This document shows positions 45,882-56,090 of a stretch of 64,000 nucleotides of DNA, piece after piece. The stretch comes from an uncultured Bacilli bacterium (GTDB lineage: Bacteria; Bacillota_I; Bacilli_A; RF39; UBA660): contig OZ006994.1 in the NCBI GenBank assembly GCA_963931305.1, positions 741,444 to 805,443 of the forward strand, read 5' to 3'. The position numbers and the translations under genes were made by a program. Under the pieces are notes generated by a model. That model searched no databases and was not told where the DNA came from. It was given only the letters and a program-made list of their open reading frames with translations. Positions within the stretch are counted from its first letter, which is position 1. Each line of letters begins with the position of its first letter.

Positions 45882-47696
45882 TTATTTTAAATTTTCAAAA
45901 CCACTACGTTTAAATAATTTCTCTAAATCATAATTCGTTAAAAAGACAGTAGTAGGTCTACCATGTGGACAATTAAATGGATTATCACACTTTCTTAAAT
46001 CGTAAATCAATTGTTCAATCTCTTTCATATCGACATATTGATTTGCTTTAATTGCATGTTTACAACTCATCATGGTTGCTACTTTCTCATTAAATTTTTC
46101 AATCGAAAAGTGTTTTCCTTCTTGAATAATAATTTCAATAATTTTTCGAATACTATCTTCTACATAATCCTGTGGTAACCATGCTGGATGTTCTTTTATT
46201 AATAGAGATTGATAACCAAACTCCTCTACTACAAATTTCAGATCTCTTAAAATATCTAACTTTTCTTTTACATAAACAAATTCAGAACTAGATAACTCAA
46301 TTGTAATTGGAAATAGTAATGGGGTTGATACGATATTAGGGTTTCCCATTTTCTTCATATAATATTCATAATTTACTCTTTCTTTGGCTGCATGTTGATC
46401 AATTAAAAACATTCCATCTTCATTTTGACAAATAATATAGGTACCATGAACAATCCCTACAGGATACATTTCTGGCATTCTTTTTTTCATTTCTATTTCT
46501 TGATTATTTTCTTTTTGAGTTTCTTCTAAAATTGTTTCTTCTGTTTTTTCTTCTACCAAATCGTGATTAATAGGAATTATCTCTTCTTCATAATCTAGTT
46601 CTAATTCTGTTGGTTCTGCGATTTCTTTTTCTAATACCAATGTCTGTTCTACATATTTAGGTCTATTTACTTCTTCTTTTGGTTCTGGCTCTAAATCAGC
46701 AGTAGGAATTAAATTCTTATGATGTAATTTTTCACGAATCATATTTGTAATTAATTCTTTTAATTCTTCTAATTTACTAAATTTAATATCCATCTTAGTA
46801 GGATGAATATTCACATCTACCAAACTCGTATCAACGTGAATTTCTAATACTACAATTGGATATCTCGTATCAGGTTTAAAAGAATGATATGCATCATTAA
46901 TTACACGATTTAATTCTTGGTTTCTAACAACACGACCATTGACAATGGTTACCATATGATTTCTAGAAGAACGATGAACTTCTGGCATCGAAATAAACCC
47001 ATAAACAGTGTACTCATCATCACTAGCACTTACTTCTATCATCTTACGAGCGACATTTAATCCATATACAGATTTAATCGTTTTTAATAAATGATTGGTT
47101 CCATCTGTATTTAAAATTTCATTATCATTATTGATTAAACGAAATTTAATATCAGGGTGAGAAAGTGCGATTTTATTAACATAATCTGTAATACTTCCAA
47201 GTTCAGAATATAAACTCTTTAAGTGCTTTAAACGGGCTGGTGTATTGTAAAATAAATTTTTAACTTGAAAAATCGTTCCTTTTCTAGCATCTCCACGATC
47301 AACTGATATTAATTTACCACCATTGATTTTTACAATCGTTCCTACATCTCCGGTAGAGGTAGTTAATGTTACTTCACTGACAGAAGCAATCGAAGGAAGT
47401 GCTTCTCCACGAAACCCTAATGTTTCAATACGATATAAATCATCTTCTGTTGTTAACTTACTCGTTGCATGTCTTCCAAAAGCATTTACTGCATCTTCTC
47501 GGTCCATTCCTGTACCATTATCCGTTACTTTAATCTCTCTTGTTCCTGCATCAATTAATTCAATCTTAATTTCTGTAGAATTAGCATCTATACTATTCTC
47601 TACCAATTCTTTTACAACTGAACTACATCGTTCTACAACTTCTCCAGCTGCAATCTTATTGGCTAGAATTTCATCCATAATATGAATTTTTGCCAT
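45882..47696 (-). CDS. mutL: DNA mismatch repair protein MutL
   Basis: A GGTGA SD precedes the ATG at 47696. It begins ANKIAAGEVVERCSSVVKELVENSIDA (the GHKL ATPase Bergerat fold) and has the C-terminal endonuclease block DQHAAKERVNYE. Confidence 0.95.
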   Translation of the reverse strand: MAKIHIMDEILANKIAAGEVVERCSSVVKELVENSIDANSTEIKIELIDAGTREIKVTDNGTGMDREDAVNAFGRHATSKLTTEDDLYRIETLGFRGEALPSIASVSEVTLTTSTGDVGTIVKINGGKLISVDRGDARKGTIFQVKNLFYNTPARLKHLKSLYSELGSITDYVNKIALSHPDIKFRLINNDNEILNTDGTNHLLKTIKSVYGLNVARKMIEVSASDDEYTVYGFISMPEVHRSSRNHMVTIVNGRVVRNQELNRVINDAYHSFKPDTRYPIVVLEIHVDTSLVDVNIHPTKMDIKFSKLEELKELITNMIREKLHHKNLIPTADLEPEPKEEVNRPKYVEQTLVLEKEIAEPTELELDYEEEIIPINHDLVEEKTEETILEETQKENNQEIEMKKRMPEMYPVGIVHGTYIICQNEDGMFLIDQHAAKERVNYEYYMKKMGNPNIVSTPLLFPITIELSSSEFVYVKEKLDILRDLKFVVEEFGYQSLLIKEHPAWLPQDYVEDSIRKIIEIIIQEGKHFSIEKFNEKVATMMSCKHAIKANQYVDMKEIEQLIYDLRKCDNPFNCPHGRPTTVFLTNYDLEKLFKRSGFENLK

Positions 47697-47755
47697 ATTC
47701 ATCACCATTTTCATTTTACCACAAATTTCCTATTTTTCCATGAGAAAAGTAGTCG

Positions 47756-49051
47756 TTATTGAACGACTACTGCATATCTCATTAAATTATAAATTGATTC
47801 AAATTTCTGTTTTGAAATTAACTTTCTACCACTCCATGGATCTAATATAATATAATTTCCTGTAATACGATTATATCCAGTTAATAATACTACGTGTAAA
47901 TTTAAAGGAACTTCTCCATCCCATGTTGAAGGATAATTAAAATTAGATGTTGTATACACGACCACAGGTTTTCACTGGTTAATATATTCTTTTAATTGTT
48001 CTGGTGAGCTTCCTGAAATGTTCGTAGTTGTTGCATATTGAGAACCAAAACGGGCTAGTGCATCAGGGGCAATCCAATGGGTAACATTTTTCGGTTCTAA
48101 ATCAAAAATAGAATGAATAAAACCTTGATGTGGATCTGTATCATGTTTTGGCATTGCATTTGCAAACGATACAAGATTATGATTGGTTGCATATCCACGA
48201 TAATGAAGTGCCATTAACAAAGAGGCTGCTTCACAACCATTTAAGACTTGATTTGTTCTTTGATTTATAAATTCAATTCCTGTAATTTCCACATATGCTT
48301 CTTCTATTTTTCTTTGTTCTTCTTCCTTACGACGTTGTTCCGCTAAGGCAATTTGTCTTTGTCTTTCTCTTTCTTCCGCTGCTTTTCTTTCTGCTTCTTC
48401 TTCTTTTTTTGTCAAGTATTCACTTACTAATTGAAATTTTTCTTCATAATTTGATAAAATCCACATCTGTTTTAAATTCTTCATGAATTGATATACATCT
48501 TCATATTCTTTTTGATTTACACTTTCACGTACCTGAGATAATTTCTCATCTTGAAATAATCCTCTTAATTTGGAAATAGCTGTTTCTGTCTGTGTTAATT
48601 GTTCTAATCCTTGATTTAATTTGCCTATTAATAATGATTGTTCTACTTGCGATCTTTTTTCTAACTTTTTTTGATATTCTAGTAAATCTGTTTTCACAAT
48701 TTCTTTTTTGATGACGTCACCTTCAAAGAAATGATTTAATGTTTGTTGTAAATGATAAAATGATTTGATCTTTTGGAACTGTTTTTCTAATTGTTTCTTT
48801 TCTTTCCGATTTGTCATTTTTTCAATACATGTTTGTAATGCATCTAATTCTTTCTCAGTAATATCTAAACGTGGTGTTGTTTTTTCTTTGTCTTGATATA
48901 ATTGGCTTAACATTTTTTGAGCTTGACTCATCGTCTGTTCTTCTATTTTCTCTTTTTCTTTTTGATCTAATTGATTTGCATACCAATACCCTGCTCCGAT
49001 TCCTATCATTGCACAGCATAGTATGATTAAAATACATATTACTTTTTTCAT
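47756..49051 (-). pseudogene. YvpB-like C39-family (Peptidase_C39_2) cysteine peptidase with a TM anchor and coiled coil, interrupted by one in-frame TGA
   Basis: The tracked ORFs 47972-49072 and 47756-47965 are in the same frame, separated only by TGA (47972-47974) plus two codons. The catalytic Cys block (NGCEAASLLMALHY) is upstream of the stop. The His/Asp block (HVVLLTGY...ILDPW) is downstream. Confidence 0.65.
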
Positions 49052-49124
49052 ACTCCAATACTCCTTTATCATGTTCTGTTATACGATAAACGGATTGGAC
49101 TACGAATATGATATTGAATATAAT

Positions 49125-49245
49125 TATGAAAATAATTAGCTAAATACCCCCCCTCATGGTAACTGATAGCTAACAAATGAATCAAATTTCATATTTTCAC
49201 CTAGTTTCTACTATTAAGTATAACCAATTCTTTCAAACTTGAAAA
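49125..49245 (-). promoter_or_regulatory. Conserved promoter plus leader element, copy B
   Basis: The -35 TTTTCA (49240-49245) and -10 TATACT (49217-49222) have 17-nt spacing. An AGTAGAAACTAGGTGA box follows. The sORF ATG is at 49192, TGA (49154-49156) occupies the position of Trp in copy A, and there is a G7 tract. The enclosing helix pairs 49187-49193 with 49125-49131. Confidence 0.5.
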
Positions 49246-49257
49246 GGAAAATTATCT

Positions 49258-49287
49258 ATCAAAAAAGACATCAATTATATGATGTCT
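49258..49287 (-). terminator. Intrinsic terminator, probably the original terminator of the metallophosphoesterase gene and now displaced by the ISL3 insertion
   Basis: The stem AGACATC / GATGTCT with an 8-nt loop is followed by TTTTTT on the minus strand. Confidence 0.6.
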
Positions 49288-49301
49288 ATCTTGCTAATAC
49301 C

Positions 49302-50796
49302 GGTTCTATAATAAATAGTGTTGGTGAGTAATTACTGACATTATTTTTAATTAATAAAAATGAGTCATATCAGAATCCTATGATACAATGTAATTGGTAA
49401 AACAAACATTGAAAGGATCTGATTAAATGACTCATACTGATTATACTAAAAAAATACTAAATATTAAAGATGAAAATATATATTTTTACGATAATTGTTT
49501 AGAAATTAAAAAAATCAATGGTGTTGATACCAAAATCTTTCATGCTTTTCTTACTTATACTCCTGACTTTTGTCCCCATTGCGGATGCGTGAATGGTGGC
49601 TTTCATGATATTATTAAATGGAATTTTAAAAGAAACTGTAAAATTAAAATTACGAAAGTTGCCAATTATAATACCATTCTACTTTTAGATAAACAAAGAT
49701 TCTTTTGTAAACATTGTAATAAAACCTTTACTGCTTCTACGAATGTAGTTGACTTTCACAAACAAATTTCTAATGATACAAGATTATCTGTTATTCTAGA
49801 TTTAATGCATAAAGGTTCTGAAAAAGATATCTCTATTAGAAATAATATTTCTACAAATTCTGTTAATAGGATTTTAGATGAAATTTCTAATGATACCATT
49901 GTTAAAAACAATGGATTATTACCAGAAGTATTAGGGATTGATGAATTTAGTGCTACAAAAGATACTATATCTAAATTAGCCTTTATTATTGTAGATCAAA
50001 CAAATAGAAATATTTTTGATATAAATCATAGTAGAAAGTCTTTAGATATTAATAAATACTTTAGAAATTATTCTAAAAAAGAACGAGATAAAGTTAAATT
50101 CATTACTTTAGATTTATATCAACCATATTATAAATTAATGCATTCTTTATTTAGAAATGCCATTTTAATTCCTGATAGATTTCATATTGTAATTCAAGCT
50201 AGAAATGCATTAGATAAAACAAGGATCAACTTATGTAAAAAATCCAATCCCAATTATAAAAAATTCAAAAAATACTGGAAATTACTTTTAAAAGATAAGC
50301 GTGATCTAGATAAAAAGAAGAAGAAATATCAAACATGTTTTAAAAAAGAAATGACGCAATATGATATTGTTTCTTACTTATTAAATACAAATGAGGAATT
50401 ATATGAAACTTACCAAATATATCAATCCCTTTTATATTCGATTGATACTAGGAATAAAGAAATATTCTTAAGTATTATTCGTTGTAAAAATAAAAAAATA
50501 TCTAATCATATGAGAAAAGCTCTTAAAACATTTAAGAACATGAGAAAATATATTTTAAATGCATTTGATTATGAATATTCTAATGGAATTGTGGAAGGAA
50601 CTAATAATTTAATTAAACAAATCAAACATACTGCTTATGGTTATAGAAAATTTAAACATTTAAAAGCTAGAGTTATGTTAATTAAAGGATTATATAATCC
50701 TATTAAAGCATAAGAAAAGAGAACTAAATTTAGTCCTCTTAACCAGTTCATTTATCATTCGTTTTTGGTTCCACCAACACTATTTGACATTGAACC
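49302..50796 (+). mobile_element. Intact ISL3-family insertion sequence (1495 bp)
   Basis: The 25-bp imperfect inverted repeats are GGTTCTATAATAAATAGTGTTGGTG and GGTTCAATGTCAAATAGTGTTGGTG (the second in reverse complement). They are flanked by the 8-bp direct repeat CTAATACC (49294-49301 and 50797-50804). Confidence 0.85.
49427..50713 (+). CDS. ISL3-family transposase
   Basis: It has the N-terminal zinc-finger pattern (CPHCG...CKHC) and a DDE_Tnp_ISL3 body (GIDEFS, LDLYQPY, DRFHIV, SNGIVEGTNNLIKQIK). Confidence 0.9.
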   Translation: MTHTDYTKKILNIKDENIYFYDNCLEIKKINGVDTKIFHAFLTYTPDFCPHCGCVNGGFHDIIKWNFKRNCKIKITKVANYNTILLLDKQRFFCKHCNKTFTASTNVVDFHKQISNDTRLSVILDLMHKGSEKDISIRNNISTNSVNRILDEISNDTIVKNNGLLPEVLGIDEFSATKDTISKLAFIIVDQTNRNIFDINHSRKSLDINKYFRNYSKKERDKVKFITLDLYQPYYKLMHSLFRNAILIPDRFHIVIQARNALDKTRINLCKKSNPNYKKFKKYWKLLLKDKRDLDKKKKKYQTCFKKEMTQYDIVSYLLNTNEELYETYQIYQSLLYSIDTRNKEIFLSIIRCKNKKISNHMRKALKTFKNMRKYILNAFDYEYSNGIVEGTNNLIKQIKHTAYGYRKFKHLKARVMLIKGLYNPIKA

Positions 50797-51712
50797 CTAA
50801 TACCTTTTGTTTTTCTGGTAATAATTCAATTTGATATGATTCATTTGGTAAGAAATGATTTAATACTTGTAAAAAACCTTTTTCTGGAGCTATTTTTGTT
50901 ACACCTGGATTAATTAAAAATTTCTTACCATCTTTATCTAACTCTCCGTAACAATATTTCGCATTCCATAATAATTGATTATTTGGTGTACGTAATCCCC
51001 AATGGCTTTTGGTATGATTCATAATTGGGCGAAGATATGGAGGCATAATACCCGCATGCATATGTCCAGATAAAATGATATCTGCTTCTTGTAATATTGG
51101 CAATTCATTTACTAATTCCGGAGCTACTGCTGGAGTATGTAATACTAAAATATGATAGTGATCTTCTCCTGTATAGAAATGGATATTTTTATTACGATAT
51201 ATATTTAAGAAATCTTCTTTTGCTTCTTCTTTTTTAAAATAATGTTCATATGGTGGATTGATACATACTATTTCTATTTGATCATCAAAGTATACAGTTC
51301 CTTCAAATATCTTGTTTTCTTCTACTAAATAACTATCTGTCTTTTGACTAATTTCTTGAAACCAATCTAGACGAATATCTTTTTCCCAATCCAACTCATT
51401 TGGACCATTTTTCTTTGCTATATCGTGATTTCCAATAGAAACAATGGTTGGGCAGATATGATTTGATTCTTCTAACATATCAGCAATAATTTTACGATTA
51501 TCACTATCTAGTGTCCTTGTATCATCTATTATATCCCCAGAAATAATACGAAAATCAGGCTTTATTTGTTTCACTTCTTCTTGAATGGTAATCATTCTAT
51601 TTAAATTACTTTCAGGTCCTACATGCCAATCACTATCATGGTATAAAACAAGTGGTGTTGTAATTTTGTGGCTATAAATTTTAAATTTTTTTGATAACCA
51701 TGGATTTCTCAT
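50780..51712 (-). CDS. Calcineurin-like metallophosphoesterase; the C-terminal five residues and the stop are supplied by the ISL3 end
   Basis: A GAGGGGG SD precedes the ATG at 51712. The motifs are DSDWH, GDIIDD, GNHD and GHMH. Confidence 0.8.
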   Translation of the reverse strand: MRNPWLSKKFKIYSHKITTPLVLYHDSDWHVGPESNLNRMITIQEEVKQIKPDFRIISGDIIDDTRTLDSDNRKIIADMLEESNHICPTIVSIGNHDIAKKNGPNELDWEKDIRLDWFQEISQKTDSYLVEENKIFEGTVYFDDQIEIVCINPPYEHYFKKEEAKEDFLNIYRNKNIHFYTGEDHYHILVLHTPAVAPELVNELPILQEADIILSGHMHAGIMPPYLRPIMNHTKSHWGLRTPNNQLLWNAKYCYGELDKDGKKFLINPGVTKIAPEKGFLQVLNHFLPNESYQIELLPEKQKVLGFNVK

Positions 51713-51781
51713 AACTATTCCCCCTCTTGTGGGGTTATTATACAAGAAATTTTAGAATTGTCAAATTAAATCATTCCCTTA

Positions 51782-53557
51782 TCATTTTTCTTTATCTATT
51801 TCTTGTAAAAAATGATATAGGTTTTGAGCAACTTGTTGAGGTAATACTTCTTCTAATTCTGCTACGCTTGCTGTTTTTAATTTAGATGTAGAATGATATT
51901 TTTTAAGCAATTGTTTTTTTCTTTTTTCGCCAATTCCATCGACATGATCTAATACGCTTTCTAATGCTCCTTTACTACGTAATTGTTGATGATAGTGAAT
52001 TGTAAAATTATGGACTTCATCTTGCATTCTCTCTAAGTAATAAAATAAATTACTACGCTTATCGATATCAATTTCAACTAAAGGATCAAATGCCAGTAAT
52101 TTACTGGTGGCATGGTGATTATCTTTTTTTAATCCTACAACAGGTATTTGCATTCCTAATGAATTTAATACTTCTCTAGCAACATTAATTTGACCAGTAC
52201 CTCCATCGACAATGATTAAGTCAGGACGTTCTAAATCTTCTTTTAGGACACGAAAATAGCGACGATAAATTACTTCTCTCATCGTACCATAATCATCGTT
52301 TTTATCAACGCTAATTTTAAATTTACGATAATCATTTTTACTTGGTTTTCCATGTTTAAAAACTACCATCCCCGAAACATTATAACTACCAAATAAATTA
52401 GAATTATCAAATAGTTCTATACGATCTAATTTATCTAGATGGAGAATATCTCTTAATTCATCATTTGCACCAATTGTTTTTTTCTCATCTTTTTGAATTA
52501 ATTCAAATTTCTCATTTAAAGCAATTTCAGCATTTTTACAAGCCATATCTACTAATTTCCTTTTTACACCACGAAGAGGAATATGAACAGGCACCTCTAA
52601 ATAACTTGATAATTCCTCTGCTCCTGACAAGTTTGGAATCATAATTTCTTTCGGTGGTAAAATATCTTTTTCATAAAATGTAGCAATATAACGAATTACT
52701 TCGTTTTCTACTTCATCAATTAATGGAAAAATTGCAGAATGACGTTCTAATATTTTCCCTCCGCGAATAAAGAATACTTGAATTGATAAATATCCTTTAT
52801 CAACAAAATATCCAAATACATCACGAGATGTTGTATCATTGATTTCGACTTTTTGTTTTTGTAACGTAATTTGAATATAATCTCTTAATTCTTTTAATTC
52901 TTTAGCACGTTCAAAATTTAAATTGTTACTTGCTTCATACATATCTGTTTCAATTTTATTTAATACAAAACTAGCATCACCACGAAGAAATTTTAAGATT
53001 TCTTCTTCTAACTCTTTTATCTGTTTACTAGGTACTTGATTTGTACAGTAACCTAGACACTGTCCAATATGATAATAAAGACACGGTTTTTTTTGATAAG
53101 TACGACATTTTCTAAGAGGATAGATACGATTTAATAAGTTAACGGTATTTCTTGCTGCTGTTACATTGGGATAAGGTCCAAAAATACGAGTTTGATTTTT
53201 TCTTTTGCGATTTACATTACGAACAATTGTTAAACGTGGCACTGTTTCATTGGTAAGTTCAATATAAGGATAGCGCTTATCATCTCTTAATAAAATATTA
53301 TATTTGGGATCATATTTTTTAATTAAATTCAATTCTAATACAAGGGATTCTTTTTCACTACCAACAACGACGTATTCAAAATCACGAATTTCACTTACTA
53401 AGCGAGCTGTTTTTCCTGTATGTGTTCCACGAAAATAAGAGCTAAGACGATTTTTTAGTTTCTTAGCTTTTCCCACATAAATGATAGTTCCATTTTCATT
53501 TTTCATCAAATAACAACCAGGTTTATTGGGCACTAAACTTAGTTTTTCTTTTATCAC
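51782..53557 (-). CDS. uvrC: Excinuclease ABC subunit C
   Basis: It has the GIY-YIG N-terminus (PGCYLMKNENGTIIYVGKAKKLKNR), a UVR domain, an endonuclease V-like domain and C-terminal HhH motifs. Confidence 0.95.
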   Translation of the reverse strand: MIKEKLSLVPNKPGCYLMKNENGTIIYVGKAKKLKNRLSSYFRGTHTGKTARLVSEIRDFEYVVVGSEKESLVLELNLIKKYDPKYNILLRDDKRYPYIELTNETVPRLTIVRNVNRKRKNQTRIFGPYPNVTAARNTVNLLNRIYPLRKCRTYQKKPCLYYHIGQCLGYCTNQVPSKQIKELEEEILKFLRGDASFVLNKIETDMYEASNNLNFERAKELKELRDYIQITLQKQKVEINDTTSRDVFGYFVDKGYLSIQVFFIRGGKILERHSAIFPLIDEVENEVIRYIATFYEKDILPPKEIMIPNLSGAEELSSYLEVPVHIPLRGVKRKLVDMACKNAEIALNEKFELIQKDEKKTIGANDELRDILHLDKLDRIELFDNSNLFGSYNVSGMVVFKHGKPSKNDYRKFKISVDKNDDYGTMREVIYRRYFRVLKEDLERPDLIIVDGGTGQINVAREVLNSLGMQIPVVGLKKDNHHATSKLLAFDPLVEIDIDKRSNLFYYLERMQDEVHNFTIHYHQQLRSKGALESVLDHVDGIGEKRKKQLLKKYHSTSKLKTASVAELEEVLPQQVAQNLYHFLQEIDKEK

Positions 53558-53567
53558 AAAATCACCC

Positions 53568-54446
53568 CTATCTTATTTTTTGTTTTTCTTTTTCTAACAT
53601 TGCTTGTTTCTCAAATGATTTAGCTACTATGTGATATGCAATTAATAAAACAAATGATGTGATACTTAATTGGTTATTTTGTAAACCAGTTAATATTCCA
53701 CAAGATCTCATCCATTTCAAAATATAAGCAATTTTTGCATTTTTCAAATAGTTGTCTTCTTCGTTTTCTTTTATATAAAATATCATTAAATATAAAGGTA
53801 TTGTAGAAATATCTCCTACCATATTTAAATATGCTTCTTGTTGATAATGCATATAACTTAACGATATCCAAATACCAATGATTGCAAGTTTTATTAATTT
53901 TTCTATTTTTTTTTGCGCTCTGTTGGCATCCATGGTTGCTTCACTACTTTTCCATACATAGGAAAAAGCATTCATTACATATGAATGATATGATGTTTCA
54001 TCGTTTATCTTTCCATTCATAATCGATATAGCTTCTTGCATCTCTTGTTCTGTTAATTCTAAATATGTTTTATTCGTATCATTCATATTTAAAATAAATT
54101 GTTCTAATTGTTTTATTTCTTGTTCAGTTGGTTCTGGCATTTCAAGTTCTAATTGTAATAATGCTGTTAAAATATCGTGATATTTTAGTAAGATTCTTCT
54201 TTCTTTTGTTAAAGATAATAAATGCGTAAATATTTCTTCATTGTCATCACTGATGGTTTCGGTTTCTACTTCACTATTCTCATGACTTTCATCATTTTTT
54301 AATAGTTCGTGATATTCCATAAATATTTCTTCTATTTCTTCATTTGTAAGAGAAATATATGGAGATAACTCACCAATCTCATTCATTCTTAATAAGAAAC
54401 AAAGCATTTCAACGTCTGTATAAGTAGTAGTATTTAATTGTTTCAT
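53568..54446 (-). CDS. Hypothetical protein with an acidic N-terminal half and a membrane-spanning C-terminal half
   Basis: I recognised no motif. The call rests on ORF length and gene context only. Confidence 0.4.
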   Translation of the reverse strand: MKQLNTTTYTDVEMLCFLLRMNEIGELSPYISLTNEEIEEIFMEYHELLKNDESHENSEVETETISDDNEEIFTHLLSLTKERRILLKYHDILTALLQLELEMPEPTEQEIKQLEQFILNMNDTNKTYLELTEQEMQEAISIMNGKINDETSYHSYVMNAFSYVWKSSEATMDANRAQKKIEKLIKLAIIGIWISLSYMHYQQEAYLNMVGDISTIPLYLMIFYIKENEEDNYLKNAKIAYILKWMRSCGILTGLQNNQLSITSFVLLIAYHIVAKSFEKQAMLEKEKQKIR

Positions 54447-54502
54447 ATGTTTTCCCTCTTTCGAAACATATTATAACATGCATTGGGTAAAAATAAAAAT
54501 GC

Positions 54503-54901
54503 CTATTTGGCATTTTCAATGAAAATAACATCTTCTATTTCTTGTATGCTTGGCATATGCTTTAACATTTCTTTACGAATAACTTCTTGGTAAAATGGAA
54601 CGAGTGCGAAATGATTTAGAGAGATCCACTCTAAACTAGGATCAAGGATAGTATCATTCGTTTTTACCATATATACATATTCTAGTGGTTTGGTATTGAC
54701 ATCATATACTCTACCTCTTCTAACTTGTATATGTAATCCGTATTTTATTAAAAAATTACGAACCAAAGCCTCTTTTAAAAATTCATCTTGAATGACAATT
54801 CCTCCAGGCAATTGATATTTTCCATTTACCTTCTCTAATAATATTTTATCATCTTGAATACAAATGCCTCTTACATACATTTTATCATACATACCTTTCA
54901 C
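54503..54901 (-). CDS. NUDIX-fold protein with a degenerate Nudix box
   Basis: QLPGGIVIQDEFLKEALVRNFLIKYGL aligns to the Nudix box but lacks the REUXEE glutamates. Confidence 0.45.
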   Translation of the reverse strand: MKGMYDKMYVRGICIQDDKILLEKVNGKYQLPGGIVIQDEFLKEALVRNFLIKYGLHIQVRRGRVYDVNTKPLEYVYMVKTNDTILDPSLEWISLNHFALVPFYQEVIRKEMLKHMPSIQEIEDVIFIENAK

Positions 54902-54970
54902 CTATTATAGTCTATGTATTTACTTTTCAATTTTTGACAAGATTGGTATAATAAATACTGAGGTGTATTC

Positions 54971-55564
54971 ATGTTTGGAATTACAGAAAGAGTAACTTGT
55001 GAAATAGAAGTTAAAAAATCTCGTTTTATTACTTGTCTAATCCCAATTACAGATAAGAATGATGTAAAGGAAAAAATAGAACAAGTTAAAAAAGAATATC
55101 CCGGAGCTACACATTATTGTTATGCATATATTTTATTACATGATAAAAAATGTAGTGATGATAAAGAGCCATCAAAAACAGCTGGACAACCTATTTTAAA
55201 TGTATTAGAGAAGCATCATTTATACTATACTTTAGCAATTGTAATTCGCTATTTTGGCGGAATTAAATTAGGCGCTGGTGGACTTGTTCGTGCTTATTCT
55301 AATGCAGCAATTCATGGTATAAATCATGCTGAAATAGTTCCTTTTATATTAAAACAACACATTCTAATTACTTTTCCTTATGATTTAGAACAAACGATTT
55401 TAAAACAATATCCAAATTTTGAAATTACAAATAAAACTTATTTAGAACAAATTACATATGAAGGATATATAACTCCTGATGAAATACAATCATTATTATC
55501 CCTTTCTCATATTCAAGTCGTACAAAAAGAAACATGTTATCGTACAATAAAGGAATCGCATTAA
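54971..55564 (+). CDS. YigZ/IMPACT-family (UPF0029) protein
   Basis: It has the blocks KKSRFI, ATHYCYAY, DDKEPSKTAG and IRYFGGIKLGAGGLVRAY. Confidence 0.8.
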   Translation: MFGITERVTCEIEVKKSRFITCLIPITDKNDVKEKIEQVKKEYPGATHYCYAYILLHDKKCSDDKEPSKTAGQPILNVLEKHHLYYTLAIVIRYFGGIKLGAGGLVRAYSNAAIHGINHAEIVPFILKQHILITFPYDLEQTILKQYPNFEITNKTYLEQITYEGYITPDEIQSLLSLSHIQVVQKETCYRTIKESH

Positions 55565-56046
55565 CGCAATTCCTTTATTTTTTGTTTTGATTTCATACAT
55601 GGTTGAAAAATATGTCTACAATATACATTATTTTGTTCATCTATTTCATCCATGAATTGTTTTCTTATATTTGTATTTTTCGTCATAATATATACATGTT
55701 CTAACATCCATAAATCATCTTGATTTAATAAATCTAGATTAATTCTTTCCATTTCTCTTTGTACTAGTTCTGGATATTGAAAAATTGTTGTAATCATATG
55801 GACTTCTTCCTCTGTTAATTCTTTTTTAAATTTCCATGCTGCTAATATTTGGTCTAATGAACAAGAAGGAAATCCATCAAGTGCTCCATATATATATCCT
55901 GTTTTATTTAGTAATTCTCCATTTTCTAAATTTCTTACTTGATTGTGATCATATACTCCTACTAATGGTGTAATTACTCCTCTATCATTTTTAATACCTA
56001 AGTAAATATTTTCTCTTTTTATCATAAATAAGTCCTTTCTAAGCAC
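55561..56046 (-). CDS. Hypothetical protein
   Basis: This is a 161-aa ORF and I recognised no motif. Confidence 0.35.
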   Translation of the reverse strand: MLRKDLFMIKRENIYLGIKNDRGVITPLVGVYDHNQVRNLENGELLNKTGYIYGALDGFPSCSLDQILAAWKFKKELTEEEVHMITTIFQYPELVQREMERINLDLLNQDDLWMLEHVYIMTKNTNIRKQFMDEIDEQNNVYCRHIFQPCMKSKQKIKELR

Positions 56047-56090
56047 AAAAAAGTAGTACGATTTACATACTACTTACAACTTAAAACAAA

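Noticed and set aside
47972-47974. Genome-wide reassignment of TGA to Trp (genetic code 4, as in Mollicutes relatives).
   Set aside because: TGA clearly terminates several well-defined genes here, including the deacetylase at 472-474, the rnfD-like gene at 25610-25612 and the 137-aa gene at 59652-59654. Trp is encoded by TGG throughout. Long genes such as rnr and the SNF2 helicase contain no internal TGA. Only locus-specific leakiness or pseudogenisation remains plausible.
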